A stretch of DNA of 64,000 nucleotides from Vulcanimicrobiota bacterium (GTDB taxonomy: Bacteria > Vulcanimicrobiota > Vulcanimicrobiia > Eremiobacterales > Eremiobacteraceae): the NCBI GenBank assembly GCA_963812135.1, contig CAWETU010000001.1:2306121-2370120 (forward strand), in the 5' to 3' direction. This document shows, one piece after another, positions 1-9,766 of the stretch. Both the position numbers and the translations under genes were made by a program. Position 1 is the stretch's first letter; every line of letters begins with the position of its first letter. The notes below the pieces were generated by a model. It was not told the DNA's origin. It saw only the letters and a program-made list of their open reading frames with translations, and did no database searches.

Positions 1-1172
1 GCTTTCCAGCCCTCTTCTAATAGTACGCTGGCGATGGTGCGGACTCGTTTGGCGCGACCGTGGCCCCGCTCCCACATGATTTCGTCTAGCGCGTTGCTCG
101 CGCGGCCCGGGCCGAAGAGCGGAATCATCTCGTAGGGATTGGTTTGCATCGTGAGCGCCCTGACCAGATCGGCGACCGTCCAGAGCGCGACTTTATGCGT
201 TTGGAGTTCCGCGTCTAGGGTGCCCAGCTGTCCGAACTTTGGGCCGACGACGATGCAGTAGTCGGCTTTGTATTCATCTTTATGCTTGACCGCTTCGGTG
301 ACGAATTCGGTGCCGGGCACGAGTCCCTTCACCGAGGTCTTGCACTCGACGATCGAGCGGTAGGCTTTGGGGCCGAGCGGCGCGACGATGACGCCATCGG
401 GATTCATCTCGCCGCCGATGTGCTTGGCGATATAGCCGAGCTGTTCGAACGCCTCGCAGACCGCCAACTCGAAGTCGGTTGGATTGGTGCCGGTCGAGGT
501 CGCGGTGAGTTTGTCGATGACTTGTTTGACTTGCGCGCTTGGTTCTGGCGGTTCTGCGATGGGGATGTCGGGCCAGTCGTCGGGCGGCTGGTTGATGGTG
601 AACGTCCGGTCGGTGGGGTTTTGGATGATGAGCGGTTTGCGGCCGTGGGCTTTGGTGCGTTCGATGTATTGGATGAGGTGGCCGTAGAGGTTCTTCCTCA
701 AGGTCGTCTTGGGGAGCAGCCCCTTGGCGATGGCGATCTCGAGGATCTCTTCTGCCGTTCGCGGTTTGCCGTCGGCGAGGATCTGTTGGACGATCGGGAT
801 GAGGTACGGCCGGCCGCGAGCCATGAGCTCGTATTGAGGCAACTCCTCGTCGTCGCTTGACCTCTCGTACTCGCCGAGCAGCCCTTCGTGGTCGGCTGCG
901 AGCAGCAGGAAATCTTCCGGATCGTCCTCGTCGATGGTCCAGACGTTGAGAACCGCGATCTGCTCATCAGGGTCTTCAGTATGCGCGAGCAAGCAGCTTT
1001 CGATGTTCTCTTCGGGAATCTCGCGGCGCTTTAGCACATTCGCGAACGGCGTCTTCATTTCGTCCGGAAGCTTCGACCAGGCTTTTTGTTTGACGTGAAG
1101 CTCGCGGCCGGAGGCAGCATCGAGAAGCAGGTATAGCCACTGGATCGCTTCGTCGCTCGTATCGGACGGCAT
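1..1172 (-). CDS. HTH (HARE-HTH-like) + Mrr-like PD-(D/E)XK restriction endonuclease domain protein, 3' end outside window
   Basis: Hand translation from ATG at 1172 (not in ORF track): ...ILADGKPRTAEEILEIAIAKGLL...DFELAVCEAFEQLGYIAKHIGGEMNPDGVIVAP...VECKT; frame open to window edge. Confidence 0.7.
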   Translation of the reverse strand, partial: MPSDTSDEAIQWLYLLLDAASGRELHVKQKAWSKLPDEMKTPFANVLKRREIPEENIESCLLAHTEDPDEQIAVLNVWTIDEDDPEDFLLLAADHEGLLGEYERSSDDEELPQYELMARGRPYLIPIVQQILADGKPRTAEEILEIAIAKGLLPKTTLRKNLYGHLIQYIERTKAHGRKPLIIQNPTDRTFTINQPPDDWPDIPIAEPPEPSAQVKQVIDKLTATSTGTNPTDFELAVCEAFEQLGYIAKHIGGEMNPDGVIVAPLGPKAYRSIVECKTSVKGLVPGTEFVTEAVKHKDEYKADYCIVVGPKFGQLGTLDAELQTHKVALWTVADLVRALTMQTNPYEMIPLFGPGRASNALDEIMWERGHGRAKRVRTIASVLLEEGWK

Positions 1173-1344
1173 GGTGCCCTCACTTTCAACGATTCGTTCA
1201 CGACTTGGCAACGCGCTGTCTAGCGGCGGATTTCGATAGCGCCGCACCAATCGGCTGCGCATACCTGTTCGAGGGATGATGTTTTACCGCCGCGCTGGCG
1301 CGCCGAGCGCAGGGCTTTTTTGACCTCTGCGAGCAATCCAGCTT

Positions 1345-1953
1345 ATGCGACGCGTGCTTCTGCTTATCGCAATCGTGTGCTGTCTTCCAACCGCAGCGTA
1401 CGCGCAGTGCGACAAGCACGGCTCGGCTCGCTGGCCGGTCAAGACCTCTGCTATATCGACCGCGAGCAACGCTGCGACCATCCTAACGGCTGACGCGTTT
1501 GTCAACGCCCCGGATCTCGACATCCCTGCCTCCGCTGTCCCTGACGATCGCTTCATCGCGCAAGATGCGACGATCGGTGACAAAGTTGTGCGCGAGGGCC
1601 AACTCGTTGAGATCACCGGATTCGTCAGCGATGTGCGTTGCGAGGAAAATGACGGCGACTACCATGGCGATTTTCGAGCTGATGGCAGCGGTGCGGGTCC
1701 GTGCGCTGAAGTCGAAGTGCCGTTCCCTGGCAACGTGGCTGGCCCGGCGACCAATGCGAGGGTCGCGGAAGCGCGGCAAGCTTTTGATCAATGGGTCGGC
1801 CAGAAGACCACTGTTCATGTGACATTGATCGGCCAGTTGTTCTATGACTCGACGCATCATTCCAGTACCGATCCCGGTGGCGGCCGTGGAGCGGGTCACT
1901 GCGCCGCCACGCTATGGGAGATTCACCCGGTCTTGAAAGTCTTCGTGAGGTAG
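1345..1953 (+). CDS. Secreted protein, probable OB-fold (RWPVKT...ENDGDYH...LFYD..H...WEIHPV)
   Basis: Signal peptide (LLLIAIVCCLPTAAYA); alternating beta-strand motifs; ends 2 nt before patatin start. Confidence 0.65.
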   Translation: MRRVLLLIAIVCCLPTAAYAQCDKHGSARWPVKTSAISTASNAATILTADAFVNAPDLDIPASAVPDDRFIAQDATIGDKVVREGQLVEITGFVSDVRCEENDGDYHGDFRADGSGAGPCAEVEVPFPGNVAGPATNARVAEARQAFDQWVGQKTTVHVTLIGQLFYDSTHHSSTDPGGGRGAGHCAATLWEIHPVLKVFVR

Positions 1954-1955
1954 AT

Positions 1956-3935
1956 ATGGATGCCAATGTTCAATCCCTGTCACCCTGTGACGTCGTCATG
2001 AAGGGCGGGATCACGAGCGGTGTTGTGTATCCAGCCTTGGTGGTGAAATTGGCCGAGAACTATCAGTTCAAGAGTATCGGGGGGACGTCGGCCGGCGCGA
2101 TTGCTGCCGCCTGCGCTGCCGCCGCCGAGCACGGCCGCCAACACAACAACGCGAACGCCATCTCGGATCTCGATCAGCTTTCCAGCGACCTTGGAGCACC
2201 GGGATTCATCCTCGGTCTTTTCAAGCCGACCAACCAGACTCGACCGCTCTTCAATGTCGCAATCGCCGCGATCGGAAACGCCTGGCTCGGATTGAAGATC
2301 CTAAAAGCGATATGGGCCGCGATGCTCGGGTTCTGGCCCCTGACGTTGATCGGGCTAGCGCTCGATGCTCTCATCGGGTGGTGGTTGTGGAGTTCGGGCG
2401 TGCACGATCCGGTGGTGTGGGCGCTCGCAGTCGTCTCATGGCTGGTGGCGCTTGGGGTAGCTTGGGCCCTTGGCGTTTGGTGGTCTATCTCTCGGGCCGT
2501 TCCGAAAAACTACCTTGGGCTTTGCAACGGATCTGAGGCAAGCCCAACAAAGAATCCGCCGTTAACCGACTGGCTCGCGGCGAAGATCGACCATATCGCC
2601 GGCACAAACGATCCGCTCACCTTTGGCGATTTGTGGGGCAGGCCGCCGGCTCAAGCGCAAACCCCGACGAAATATTCTGATCTGCAGCCATACTTCGATG
2701 AGCCAACTCAGTCACTCGACGAGATCCGGGGCGACGCCGAGGTCGACCTCCAGATGATGACGACCTGTGTGTCACTGGGGCGACCGTACCGGCTCCCATT
2801 TGCGCAGCGCGACTTCTATCTGGATCCCGCTGATGCGCGCGTGCTATTTCCAGAACCGGTCTACAAGTGGCTGCTCAAGTACGCGGCGCAGCCAAGGAGC
2901 AAGTACGAGGCCATTCTGTATCGCGCGCTCTTGCCCAAGGTCCCGTTGCCGCTGGCCGCCTGTTTCCCGGTTGTTGTTGCGGCGCGTATGAGCCTGTCCT
3001 TTCCCGTGCTTCTCAGCGCCGTTCGGCTCTACCATATAGATTTTGGTCTCCAGGACAACAAAGACGCGACGGCCGCTATTAAGGCGCTTGTCGGAGACAA
3101 GACATTCGATCTCGACGCCGGTGATCCGGCGAATCAGTTGGTGGCTGTCAAGGAGAAGCTCTTAGCCAGGCCGTGCTGGTTTTCCGATGGAGGTCTCACG
3201 CATAACTTTCCCGTTCATTTCTTCGATCGTCCGCTTCCGAGTTGGCCCACGTTCGCGGTCGATCTTGAGGCCCTTCCCGAAGGACGGACGGAGCACGAAA
3301 ACGACAATCAATCCACGTACGTCTGGCTTCCGAAAGGTAATCTGCAAGGCATCCAGCCGTTTTGGAACCGGATTGAAGACCGCAACGGTCGCGCATCGTT
3401 CTACAATTTTTTTACGTCAATCATCGACACGATGATGAATTGGACCGACTCCACCCAAGCGGTGATGCCGGGTTATCGCGACCGCATCGCCCACGTGGAG
3501 CTAGCCCAAAACGAGGGCGGTTTGAATCTCAACATGCAGCCCAAGGTGGTACAGAAGCTCATTGCTCGAGGCCGCGCGGCCGGCGTGCTCTTGCATGACG
3601 AGTTCGGCGCCGCGAGCGGTTCGCAACCTCACTGGCTCAATCATCGATGGGTACGTTACCGCAGCTTCATGGACATGTCCGAGCGCTTGCTGACGGCGTT
3701 TCATGCGGGGTACCCCGAGACGAGCACGCAGCCGACGTACCCAGCACTCATCGCGCGCGCGCAAGGCGCAGACCCGACGGGCTATCCCTGGGTGTACCCG
3801 GCACAATCCGAGTTTGCGATAACGACGACGAAGAATATCGATGATCTCGCAGGCGAGATCGCGTCGGCGGAAACCTCGTACATGACAGGCGCGCCCCGTC
3901 CCCAAGGGGAGCTTGCAATGCGGCCAGTCCTATGA
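1956..3935 (+). CDS. Patatin-like phospholipase with inserted transmembrane helices
   Basis: KGGITSG glycine loop, GGTSAG nucleophile, DGG motif; hydrophobic segment after the first ~100 aa; GAGG RBS before ATG 1956. Confidence 0.85.
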   Translation: MDANVQSLSPCDVVMKGGITSGVVYPALVVKLAENYQFKSIGGTSAGAIAAACAAAAEHGRQHNNANAISDLDQLSSDLGAPGFILGLFKPTNQTRPLFNVAIAAIGNAWLGLKILKAIWAAMLGFWPLTLIGLALDALIGWWLWSSGVHDPVVWALAVVSWLVALGVAWALGVWWSISRAVPKNYLGLCNGSEASPTKNPPLTDWLAAKIDHIAGTNDPLTFGDLWGRPPAQAQTPTKYSDLQPYFDEPTQSLDEIRGDAEVDLQMMTTCVSLGRPYRLPFAQRDFYLDPADARVLFPEPVYKWLLKYAAQPRSKYEAILYRALLPKVPLPLAACFPVVVAARMSLSFPVLLSAVRLYHIDFGLQDNKDATAAIKALVGDKTFDLDAGDPANQLVAVKEKLLARPCWFSDGGLTHNFPVHFFDRPLPSWPTFAVDLEALPEGRTEHENDNQSTYVWLPKGNLQGIQPFWNRIEDRNGRASFYNFFTSIIDTMMNWTDSTQAVMPGYRDRIAHVELAQNEGGLNLNMQPKVVQKLIARGRAAGVLLHDEFGAASGSQPHWLNHRWVRYRSFMDMSERLLTAFHAGYPETSTQPTYPALIARAQGADPTGYPWVYPAQSEFAITTTKNIDDLAGEIASAETSYMTGAPRPQGELAMRPVL

Positions 3936-4138
3936 TAGATCGAGTTCGACTTGGTGTGAGACGCGGACATTCACGGCGACGCAGACGTTCACGCACGTGG
4001 CGCTGCCGAGCTTCGCGGTTCAGGTTGCTTCCATATTCGAAAAGACCAAGCCGAAGCACGCCTAAGATACTTACGGCGCCCGGCGGGACCCTCACGACCA
4101 ACGACCGAACACTGCTTGCGGCACGAAGGAGAATACGC

Positions 4139-4726
4139 ATGAGAACGATCGTTTCGATGCTCGCGGTTTTCGCATTTGTGACAGTTTTCATAGCGGCAAT
4201 CGCGCAAGCCGCGGATGTCGTTTATCTTTCTGACCTACCTTTTAAGTCGTCCGGGTTAAAGGGTAACCCCAAGGGCGGTTATTACGACGGGGTTCGCGTG
4301 AACAGCCACGAGACGATTATCACCAACTCAGGGACCCAAGCCAACCAGTGGGATCGGCCGACCCAGATCAACGGGCAAGAATATGACAAGAGCGTGCTCT
4401 TCCACGTGGTCAAGGATGAAACCGTCACCGCGACGTGGTCGCTCAATCACAAGTTCACAAAGTTGACTGCGATGATCGGCCTGGACGATACGCAAGACAT
4501 ACCGGGTATCTACCCGCTGATCACGGTCAATTTCACCGGTGACGGCAAGGCGCTTGGCAGCGCCTCGATCCAATCGGTGTTTGGGAAACCGAATCCGACG
4601 CCGGCGGTCGACATCGATGTAACGGGTGTCAACTCACTGACGATTGCCATAACCTTCAAAGGCACCGGTGGCGGCACCAACGTCGACATCGTCAATCCGG
4701 AATTGCAACCGGTCAGCGGGCAATAG
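4139..4726 (+). CDS. Secreted NPCBM/NEW2 carbohydrate-binding domain protein
   Basis: AAGGAG RBS, signal peptide, VYLSDL...INGQEYDK...FTKLTAMIGLDD...DIDVTGVNSL...NPEL. Confidence 0.7.
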   Translation: MRTIVSMLAVFAFVTVFIAAIAQAADVVYLSDLPFKSSGLKGNPKGGYYDGVRVNSHETIITNSGTQANQWDRPTQINGQEYDKSVLFHVVKDETVTATWSLNHKFTKLTAMIGLDDTQDIPGIYPLITVNFTGDGKALGSASIQSVFGKPNPTPAVDIDVTGVNSLTIAITFKGTGGGTNVDIVNPELQPVSGQ

Positions 4727-4763
4727 CACTCAGTGATAGCAACCATCAGAAAGGAGGCTTGAA

Positions 4764-5150
4764 ATGCGGCGCCTACTCGTGGTCGTAATCGTCGCTGTTG
4801 CGGGAATCACGGTCTTGGGAGATCCACGACCAGCCGACGCGAACGTTAGCGCGACGGTCTCTGCGAATCCGCATGGCGTGTACCAGGCGCATTGTCCCTG
4901 GACGTTCACATTTCACGCTACCATCTCAGTCTCACAGGCTGGTCCGATTTCGTACCGTTGGATCCGAAGCGACGGTGCCCGAGGACCGATCATTAATAAA
5001 AACCCGTCGACAGCGGGCCACTTTGGTCAGATCGATACGTGGACGCTCGGCGGCCCTAAGGAGATTTTCAACGGTTGGGAGCAGGTCGAGTTCCTCTCCC
5101 CGTACCATGCCTATTCCAACCGGCAAGGTATCCATCTGAGCTGCCTGTAG
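4764..5150 (+). CDS. Secreted Ig-like hypothetical protein
   Basis: AAGGAGG RBS, signal peptide, CP.TFTF.ATI.V...GPISYRW.RSDG, terminal Cys. Confidence 0.7.
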   Translation: MRRLLVVVIVAVAGITVLGDPRPADANVSATVSANPHGVYQAHCPWTFTFHATISVSQAGPISYRWIRSDGARGPIINKNPSTAGHFGQIDTWTLGGPKEIFNGWEQVEFLSPYHAYSNRQGIHLSCL

Positions 5151-5170
5151 ATCATATCGAGGAGGTTGCC

Positions 5171-5860
5171 ATGAATCGAAGAGGCTGGATAGTGCTTTGT
5201 GGCCTCTCTTGCGCACTTGTCGTCATGTCCGCACAAAGTCTTGCCGCGACGAATCTCAACCCGGTTCCACTGGTAAAGCCGCCGCCCGTGGCTTCCCCGG
5301 CGTTGCTCGCGGCCTGGTCACATGTGAAATCCTACACCGGTAGCTTTTCGGCTGACATCGAAACGTCAGCAGCCGGCGGATGGCATGAGCATTTCGCGGG
5401 AAGCTTGGTGCTCGCGCCTACGTGTCCGATGTGCGACACTCAGTTGTCGATCCCGGTGTGGACAGGAAGTGCCATGACCACTCAGTCGGCCAGCGGGACC
5501 TGTGGAAGCGCGAATACGAGCGAGCGTACGGAAGTCGTGCTCTCGGTGAACCTCCCTGCCCAGACATACCAGCTTTCCTTCATTCCAAACCCTGGTAGCG
5601 TAGACTTAAGAGGCGGTAGCCCGAAGAAGTGCACCCAGCCCTTCCAATCGGTGTTCCCCGTAGCGTCATTTAGCATAAGAAACGCACCGCTCCCAGCGAC
5701 CACCGCCGGCATCTGCGGTACGAAGTATATTTATCGGTCTGGAGCCGGGTATAATGAATCCGACACATTGCATTGGATTTTTGCGCCGAAGATGGACCCG
5801 CACGGGACGGTCAAAATGTACTGCCCAAGCACTGTAGACGGCGTGGCACCACTGAAATAA
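5171..5860 (+). CDS. Secreted Cys-containing hypothetical protein
   Basis: GGAGG RBS, signal peptide MNRRGWIVLCGLSCALVVMSAQSLA. Confidence 0.65.
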   Translation: MNRRGWIVLCGLSCALVVMSAQSLAATNLNPVPLVKPPPVASPALLAAWSHVKSYTGSFSADIETSAAGGWHEHFAGSLVLAPTCPMCDTQLSIPVWTGSAMTTQSASGTCGSANTSERTEVVLSVNLPAQTYQLSFIPNPGSVDLRGGSPKKCTQPFQSVFPVASFSIRNAPLPATTAGICGTKYIYRSGAGYNESDTLHWIFAPKMDPHGTVKMYCPSTVDGVAPLK

Positions 5861-5875
5861 GAGCGGGCTTCGCCC

Positions 5876-6098
5876 CTAACAGCCAAGCGTGGTCAGGTCG
5901 CCGGTGATGCGCGCGATTGGTGAAACATCCCCGGCCGGGTTTGCCCCAAACGTGAGGATCGAGGCGCGCCGATCCACGCAGTTGAGCACGTACAGATGGT
6001 TGGCCGCATCGGTCGCCAGTTGTTCGACGGTCTGCGGCCGGTGTGCGGCCCGCCGAGATGGCATGCAGCGCGCCGCTCCCTTGATGATCGCGACACGC
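5876..6098 (-). pseudogene. 3' fragment of NHL/beta-propeller repeat protein, upstream part lost in poly-C tract
   Basis: LATDAANHLYVLNC...ILTFGANPAGDVSPIARITG matches the repeat unit of 13704..14705. Confidence 0.5.
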
Positions 6099-6345
6099 CC
6101 CCCCACAAACAGGCCCCCCCTTCCCTCCAGCCAAGGCCCCGGCTGCCCTTCCACCCCCCCCCCTCTAAAAGGCGGTTCCCCGGCCGAGAGCCCCCCCCCT
6201 TAGGGCGCCCTTAACCCCCCCCCCCCCCCCCCTCCCCCCCCCCCTTCCCCCGTAACCCCCCCCTCCCCCCCCCCCCCCCCAAAAACCTCTCTCTCCCCCT
6301 TCCCTCCCCCTTTTTACCTCTCCAGGCCCCCCCCCCCCCCCCCCT
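6099..6345. repeat. Poly-C low-complexity tract, probably a sequencing/assembly artefact
   Basis: About 250 nt of irregular C runs with no repeat unit; flanking coding sequence degrades gradually into it. Confidence 0.75.
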
Positions 6346-6395
6346 CCGGACTGCTTGCATTCGGCGGCCGGGCACCGGTCCGCGGTTATTCCGGC

Positions 6396-6914
6396 CTAGG
6401 GCGCCGACCAGTCATCCGAAAACGCCGACTTGCTGAGTTTATTCTCGATATCGATCTTTTGGAACGTGAACTTGATTCGTTCTTGCTCGTACGTATCGGA
6501 CTGCGAGAGATGCTTGTACCCGAGCTGCCAACCTTGCTTCTCGCCGCCAAAGCCGACATAAAGATCGAACGGTGTCTTTATCGGTCCGGTGAAGGCAAAC
6601 GAGCAGTTCCCGAGCGTTCCGGCCGGCTGCATTTGCACCTCCCGGACGCTTCCGTCCCCCATCTTCACCTTGGCGAAATACGAGTGACAGTCCGCGATGT
6701 TGTAGGGGTCTCCGCCCGCTTTGCGCATGTAATCCGGATTGTTTCCGCCGCCCGCTTTGCGCACGAACACCTCCGGACCGCCTAAGCCCTGGATAACGAT
6801 TGCACCTTGCGCTGTGCTATGCACACCACAAGGCGCTGTGCATACCTTGACGGTCGCGGGGTTGACGGGGTTGACTGCGAGAGCTACGAGTGCAGTAGCG
6901 ATAATTCCAAGCAT
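6396..6914 (-). CDS. Secreted protein with Hcp/TssD-like motifs
   Basis: Signal peptide; two RKAGG motifs; C-terminus ERIKFTFQKIDIENKLSKSAFSDDWSAP. Confidence 0.6.
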   Translation of the reverse strand: MLGIIATALVALAVNPVNPATVKVCTAPCGVHSTAQGAIVIQGLGGPEVFVRKAGGGNNPDYMRKAGGDPYNIADCHSYFAKVKMGDGSVREVQMQPAGTLGNCSFAFTGPIKTPFDLYVGFGGEKQGWQLGYKHLSQSDTYEQERIKFTFQKIDIENKLSKSAFSDDWSAP

Positions 6915-6943
6915 GTCAAAACACCTGGCCCTTCACCCTGCGT

Positions 6944-6969
6944 AACGCTTCGCAGGCCTGTATAGTTCC
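6944..6969 (-). promoter_or_regulatory. Putative ECF sigma promoter (GGAAC-N17-CGTT)
   Basis: Minus strand GGAAC TATACAGGCCTGCGAAG CGTT about 30 nt upstream of ATG 6914. Confidence 0.4.
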
Positions 6970-7058
6970 GCATTCGATGGGCAAAATGGAGGAAGTGGAG
7001 GGTGGCGAGAGGCGCAGAGACTAGCGGAACTGGCTCCCAGCGCGATTAAGACCCTGGC

Positions 7059-8813
7059 ATGAGACGCGTTGCATGGCGACCCGTGCTTCTTGCCATTTGT
7101 GCGTTCGCTGCGCTCCTCCAGGCAGCATCGGTGTTTGATGTCACCGGAATGGGCGGCGCTCCACCGTGGTGGGGCCGGTTAGGAGCCACGACCGACGCCT
7201 CCTCGAAACCATATACTCTTGTGGTCCGCGCCGTCGATCCCGATGGACCAGCTGGCCGTGCCGGCCTTCGTTCTGGCGATCTCATCGACTTACGCTCGCT
7301 GAGTCTTGTCGAGCGTTTTTCGCTTTTGGGTTTCGGGCCTTCGCTGCTCAATGGGCGCCCTCTCATCCTCTCGGTGCCTCGGGGGGCACAACAAAAGGAG
7401 CTCACGGTCATACCGCGACCGCTGCCCGCTCAGCGAGCGTGGCTAATCTGGCTCAGTGCATTGGCGAGTTTCTGGCTTTTGCTGTTTGCAGCCGTCATCG
7501 CGTGGCGCCGCGCCGATGTGCCCCAGATGCGGCTGCTCTCGCTATGGCTCGCGGTTTTTGTCGTGCTCGGCGCCGCGACCGGTTTCGCGGCGCCATGGCC
7601 ATGGGCGTACGTGCTCGTTAGCTTCGCCAGCTTGACTGGCCCGTTGTCATTGTTGATATGGGTGGCGCTTGCCGGTTCCTTCGCGCAGCCGCTCTCGCGG
7701 CCTCGTCGTATCGCGCAATGGCTTTTCTACACGTTCAACGCGATCCAAACCGCGCTGCTGGTGGCTGGGACTCTCGGAACGATCACATTGCAGTTCGACC
7801 CGCTCATCGCCTATATTGGGTTCGTCCCGTTTGAGGCGGCTGTCCTGATGGCAGTGGTCTGTAGCGCGCTCGCAATTGCCGCATCCCGCGGCATCGAGCG
7901 TCAGCGAGCGGTGTGGACGCTCGCACCTATTGCGGCCATTTTTTGCTCCATCGTGGCCGGCACCGCGAGCTCGTCTTCATCGTACGCCAACCACCTCGTC
8001 GGGACGATCGTCATCAATCTGGTGGTGTTCGCCGCACCGGTCGCGCTGACGTACGCCGCGCTGAGCCGTCGACTCCTCGACATCGGCTTTGTCTTGAACC
8101 GGGCGTTGATCTTCGCGATCGTTTCGACGATTGTGATCGGTGCTTTCGTTTTGGTCGAATGGGCTGCGAGCGCATGGCTCGTCAGCGCGAGTCATACTGC
8201 CAGCACCGTTATCGCCATGGGGGTGGCGCTGGGCCTCGGTTTGTCGATACGCTACATCCACAAGCACGTCGATCGGTTCGTCGATCGCGTGTTCTTCCGA
8301 AAGCGGTATGAGGACGAGGCGGCGCTGCGTCGTTTCGCTCACGAGTCTTCGTATATCACGGATCGCTCCATATTACTCGAACGGGCGGTCCGAGAAGTCA
8401 AGGAACATACGAATGCCGCTGAAGCGACGATCTTGGTGCAGGATGGAGCGGCGACGTACGCGTCTGCGGAACACGACAGCGCTCTCGCGGTCGGTGAGAA
8501 CGATCCTGCGATGGTGGCGTTGCGCGCGTGGCACAAGCCAATCGACCTCAAGTCATTTGAGGATTCGGCGCTGCATGGCGAGTTCGCGTATCCGATGGTT
8601 TCGCGCGGCGCGCTCGTGGCCGTACTTGTGTGTGGAACGAAACGCGATGGCGAAGTCTACGCGCCGGATGAATCGGAGGCGCTGTTCGCACTCGCGCACG
8701 GAGTAGGCACGGCACTCGACGTTCTTTCAGTGCAACACGACCATTCAAATGGACAAGTCCTGCGCGAACTCGCCGAGTTGCGTAAGGACGTCGAGCGATT
8801 GTCGCGTAGGTAA
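7059..8813 (+). CDS. Polytopic membrane sensor: PDZ-like + many TM helices + GAF-like domain, no output domain
   Basis: VDPDGPAGRAGLRSGDLI (PDZ); many hydrophobic helices; VDRFVDRVFFR; PMVSRGALVAVLVCG..RDGEVYAPDE (GAF-like). Confidence 0.75.
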   Translation: MRRVAWRPVLLAICAFAALLQAASVFDVTGMGGAPPWWGRLGATTDASSKPYTLVVRAVDPDGPAGRAGLRSGDLIDLRSLSLVERFSLLGFGPSLLNGRPLILSVPRGAQQKELTVIPRPLPAQRAWLIWLSALASFWLLLFAAVIAWRRADVPQMRLLSLWLAVFVVLGAATGFAAPWPWAYVLVSFASLTGPLSLLIWVALAGSFAQPLSRPRRIAQWLFYTFNAIQTALLVAGTLGTITLQFDPLIAYIGFVPFEAAVLMAVVCSALAIAASRGIERQRAVWTLAPIAAIFCSIVAGTASSSSSYANHLVGTIVINLVVFAAPVALTYAALSRRLLDIGFVLNRALIFAIVSTIVIGAFVLVEWAASAWLVSASHTASTVIAMGVALGLGLSIRYIHKHVDRFVDRVFFRKRYEDEAALRRFAHESSYITDRSILLERAVREVKEHTNAAEATILVQDGAATYASAEHDSALAVGENDPAMVALRAWHKPIDLKSFEDSALHGEFAYPMVSRGALVAVLVCGTKRDGEVYAPDESEALFALAHGVGTALDVLSVQHDHSNGQVLRELAELRKDVERLSRR

Positions 8814-8939
8814 GACGGACACGTTCTTGAGGTTCCTCGCGCTCGAATAGGTCACACATGGGGGTAAACGGAGGGTATTGTGTTCTTTTGGGCAAGAAGG
8901 TAGTCTCATCTGATTTTTAAGCCCGAAAGGTCACCTAAC

Positions 8940-9191
8940 ATGCCCACCGGCGAGCGACCGACAATTCTCCTCACGATCTGCGACACGCTTAACGAGGCGC
9001 CCAAGGTCAAGTTCTTGTCGGAAGAAGCACTTGGCAAAATCTATGACGACCAAGGCGAGCTTCCCGGCTGCGTCGGTTCGCTTATGACGGCCGCGGACGC
9101 GCGTGCACTTGCGGAGCAGTTGCTGGAGCTGGCTGAGGCCAAGAGCGAACCCGAACTCTCCGCGGGCACCACGACGACACCGCGGACTTAG
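8940..9191 (+). CDS. Small hypothetical protein
   Basis: 83-aa ORF with protein-like composition; no recognised motif. Confidence 0.4.
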   Translation: MPTGERPTILLTICDTLNEAPKVKFLSEEALGKIYDDQGELPGCVGSLMTAADARALAEQLLELAEAKSEPELSAGTTTTPRT

Positions 9192-9290
9192 GCTGGCAGC
9201 CAGTTCGTAACCCACGTGACGACGAGCCCCACTGTTTCGGGCGTTGATCAGGTCTAGTTAGCCCGCTATCCGGAACTCGATACGAAGAGC

Positions 9291-9363
9291 TTGACGAACA
9301 CTATCAAGCGCTTGATAGGTGGAGCGTAAGCTACTTGCGCCTTTAGACCGGATATGGTATAAG
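9291..9363 (+). promoter_or_regulatory. TA promoter region with perfect 18-bp palindrome
   Basis: CTATCAAGCGCTTGATAG (9301-9318); TTGCGC-N17-TATAAG (9335-9363) upstream of toxin. Confidence 0.5.
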
Positions 9364-9385
9364 ACCTTTGGGACTGCGCGAAGAG

Positions 9386-9766
9386 ATGTCGGCGGAGCGG
9401 CCCGATCGAGCGTTGGTCTTTGTCGGATCGTCCAGAGACGATCTCTCCTCGTTCCCAGCGGAAGTCAAACTGGTGACGGGCTACGCATTGCGTCAGATCC
9501 AATTCGGCAGGGAACACCGCGATGCCAAACTGATGAGGGGCGACTTGCGGGAAGTTCTTGAGGTCGCTGTTCACGACAATTCAGGCGAGCGGACATACCG
9601 AACTGCGTGTATTCGCAAAAGCGAAATCGTCTATGTGCTACACGCCTTCCAAAAGAAATCGACATCAGGTATCAGCACCCCGACGCGGGACCTGAAACTG
9701 ATCAAGCGTCGCCTCAGGACGGCGCGAAACCACTGGGAGGATCGCTATGCTAAAAGGCACCCGTAA
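9386..9766 (+). CDS. RelE/ParE-family (HigB2/Gp49-like) toxin
   Basis: FVGSSRDDL..FP.EV....GYAL..IQ.G...EIVYVLHAFQKKS.SGISTP. Confidence 0.85.
   Translation: MSAERPDRALVFVGSSRDDLSSFPAEVKLVTGYALRQIQFGREHRDAKLMRGDLREVLEVAVHDNSGERTYRTACIRKSEIVYVLHAFQKKSTSGISTPTRDLKLIKRRLRTARNHWEDRYAKRHP

Noticed and set aside
282..860. 192-aa plus-strand ORF and similar long shadow ORFs (e.g. 37290..38702)
   Set aside because: Antisense shadows of real genes, expected in GC-rich DNA
6099..6345. Poly-C/poly-G tract as G-quadruplex or phase-variation element
   Set aside because: Irregular, no unit, and it gradually erodes a coding sequence; more consistent with a base-calling artefact
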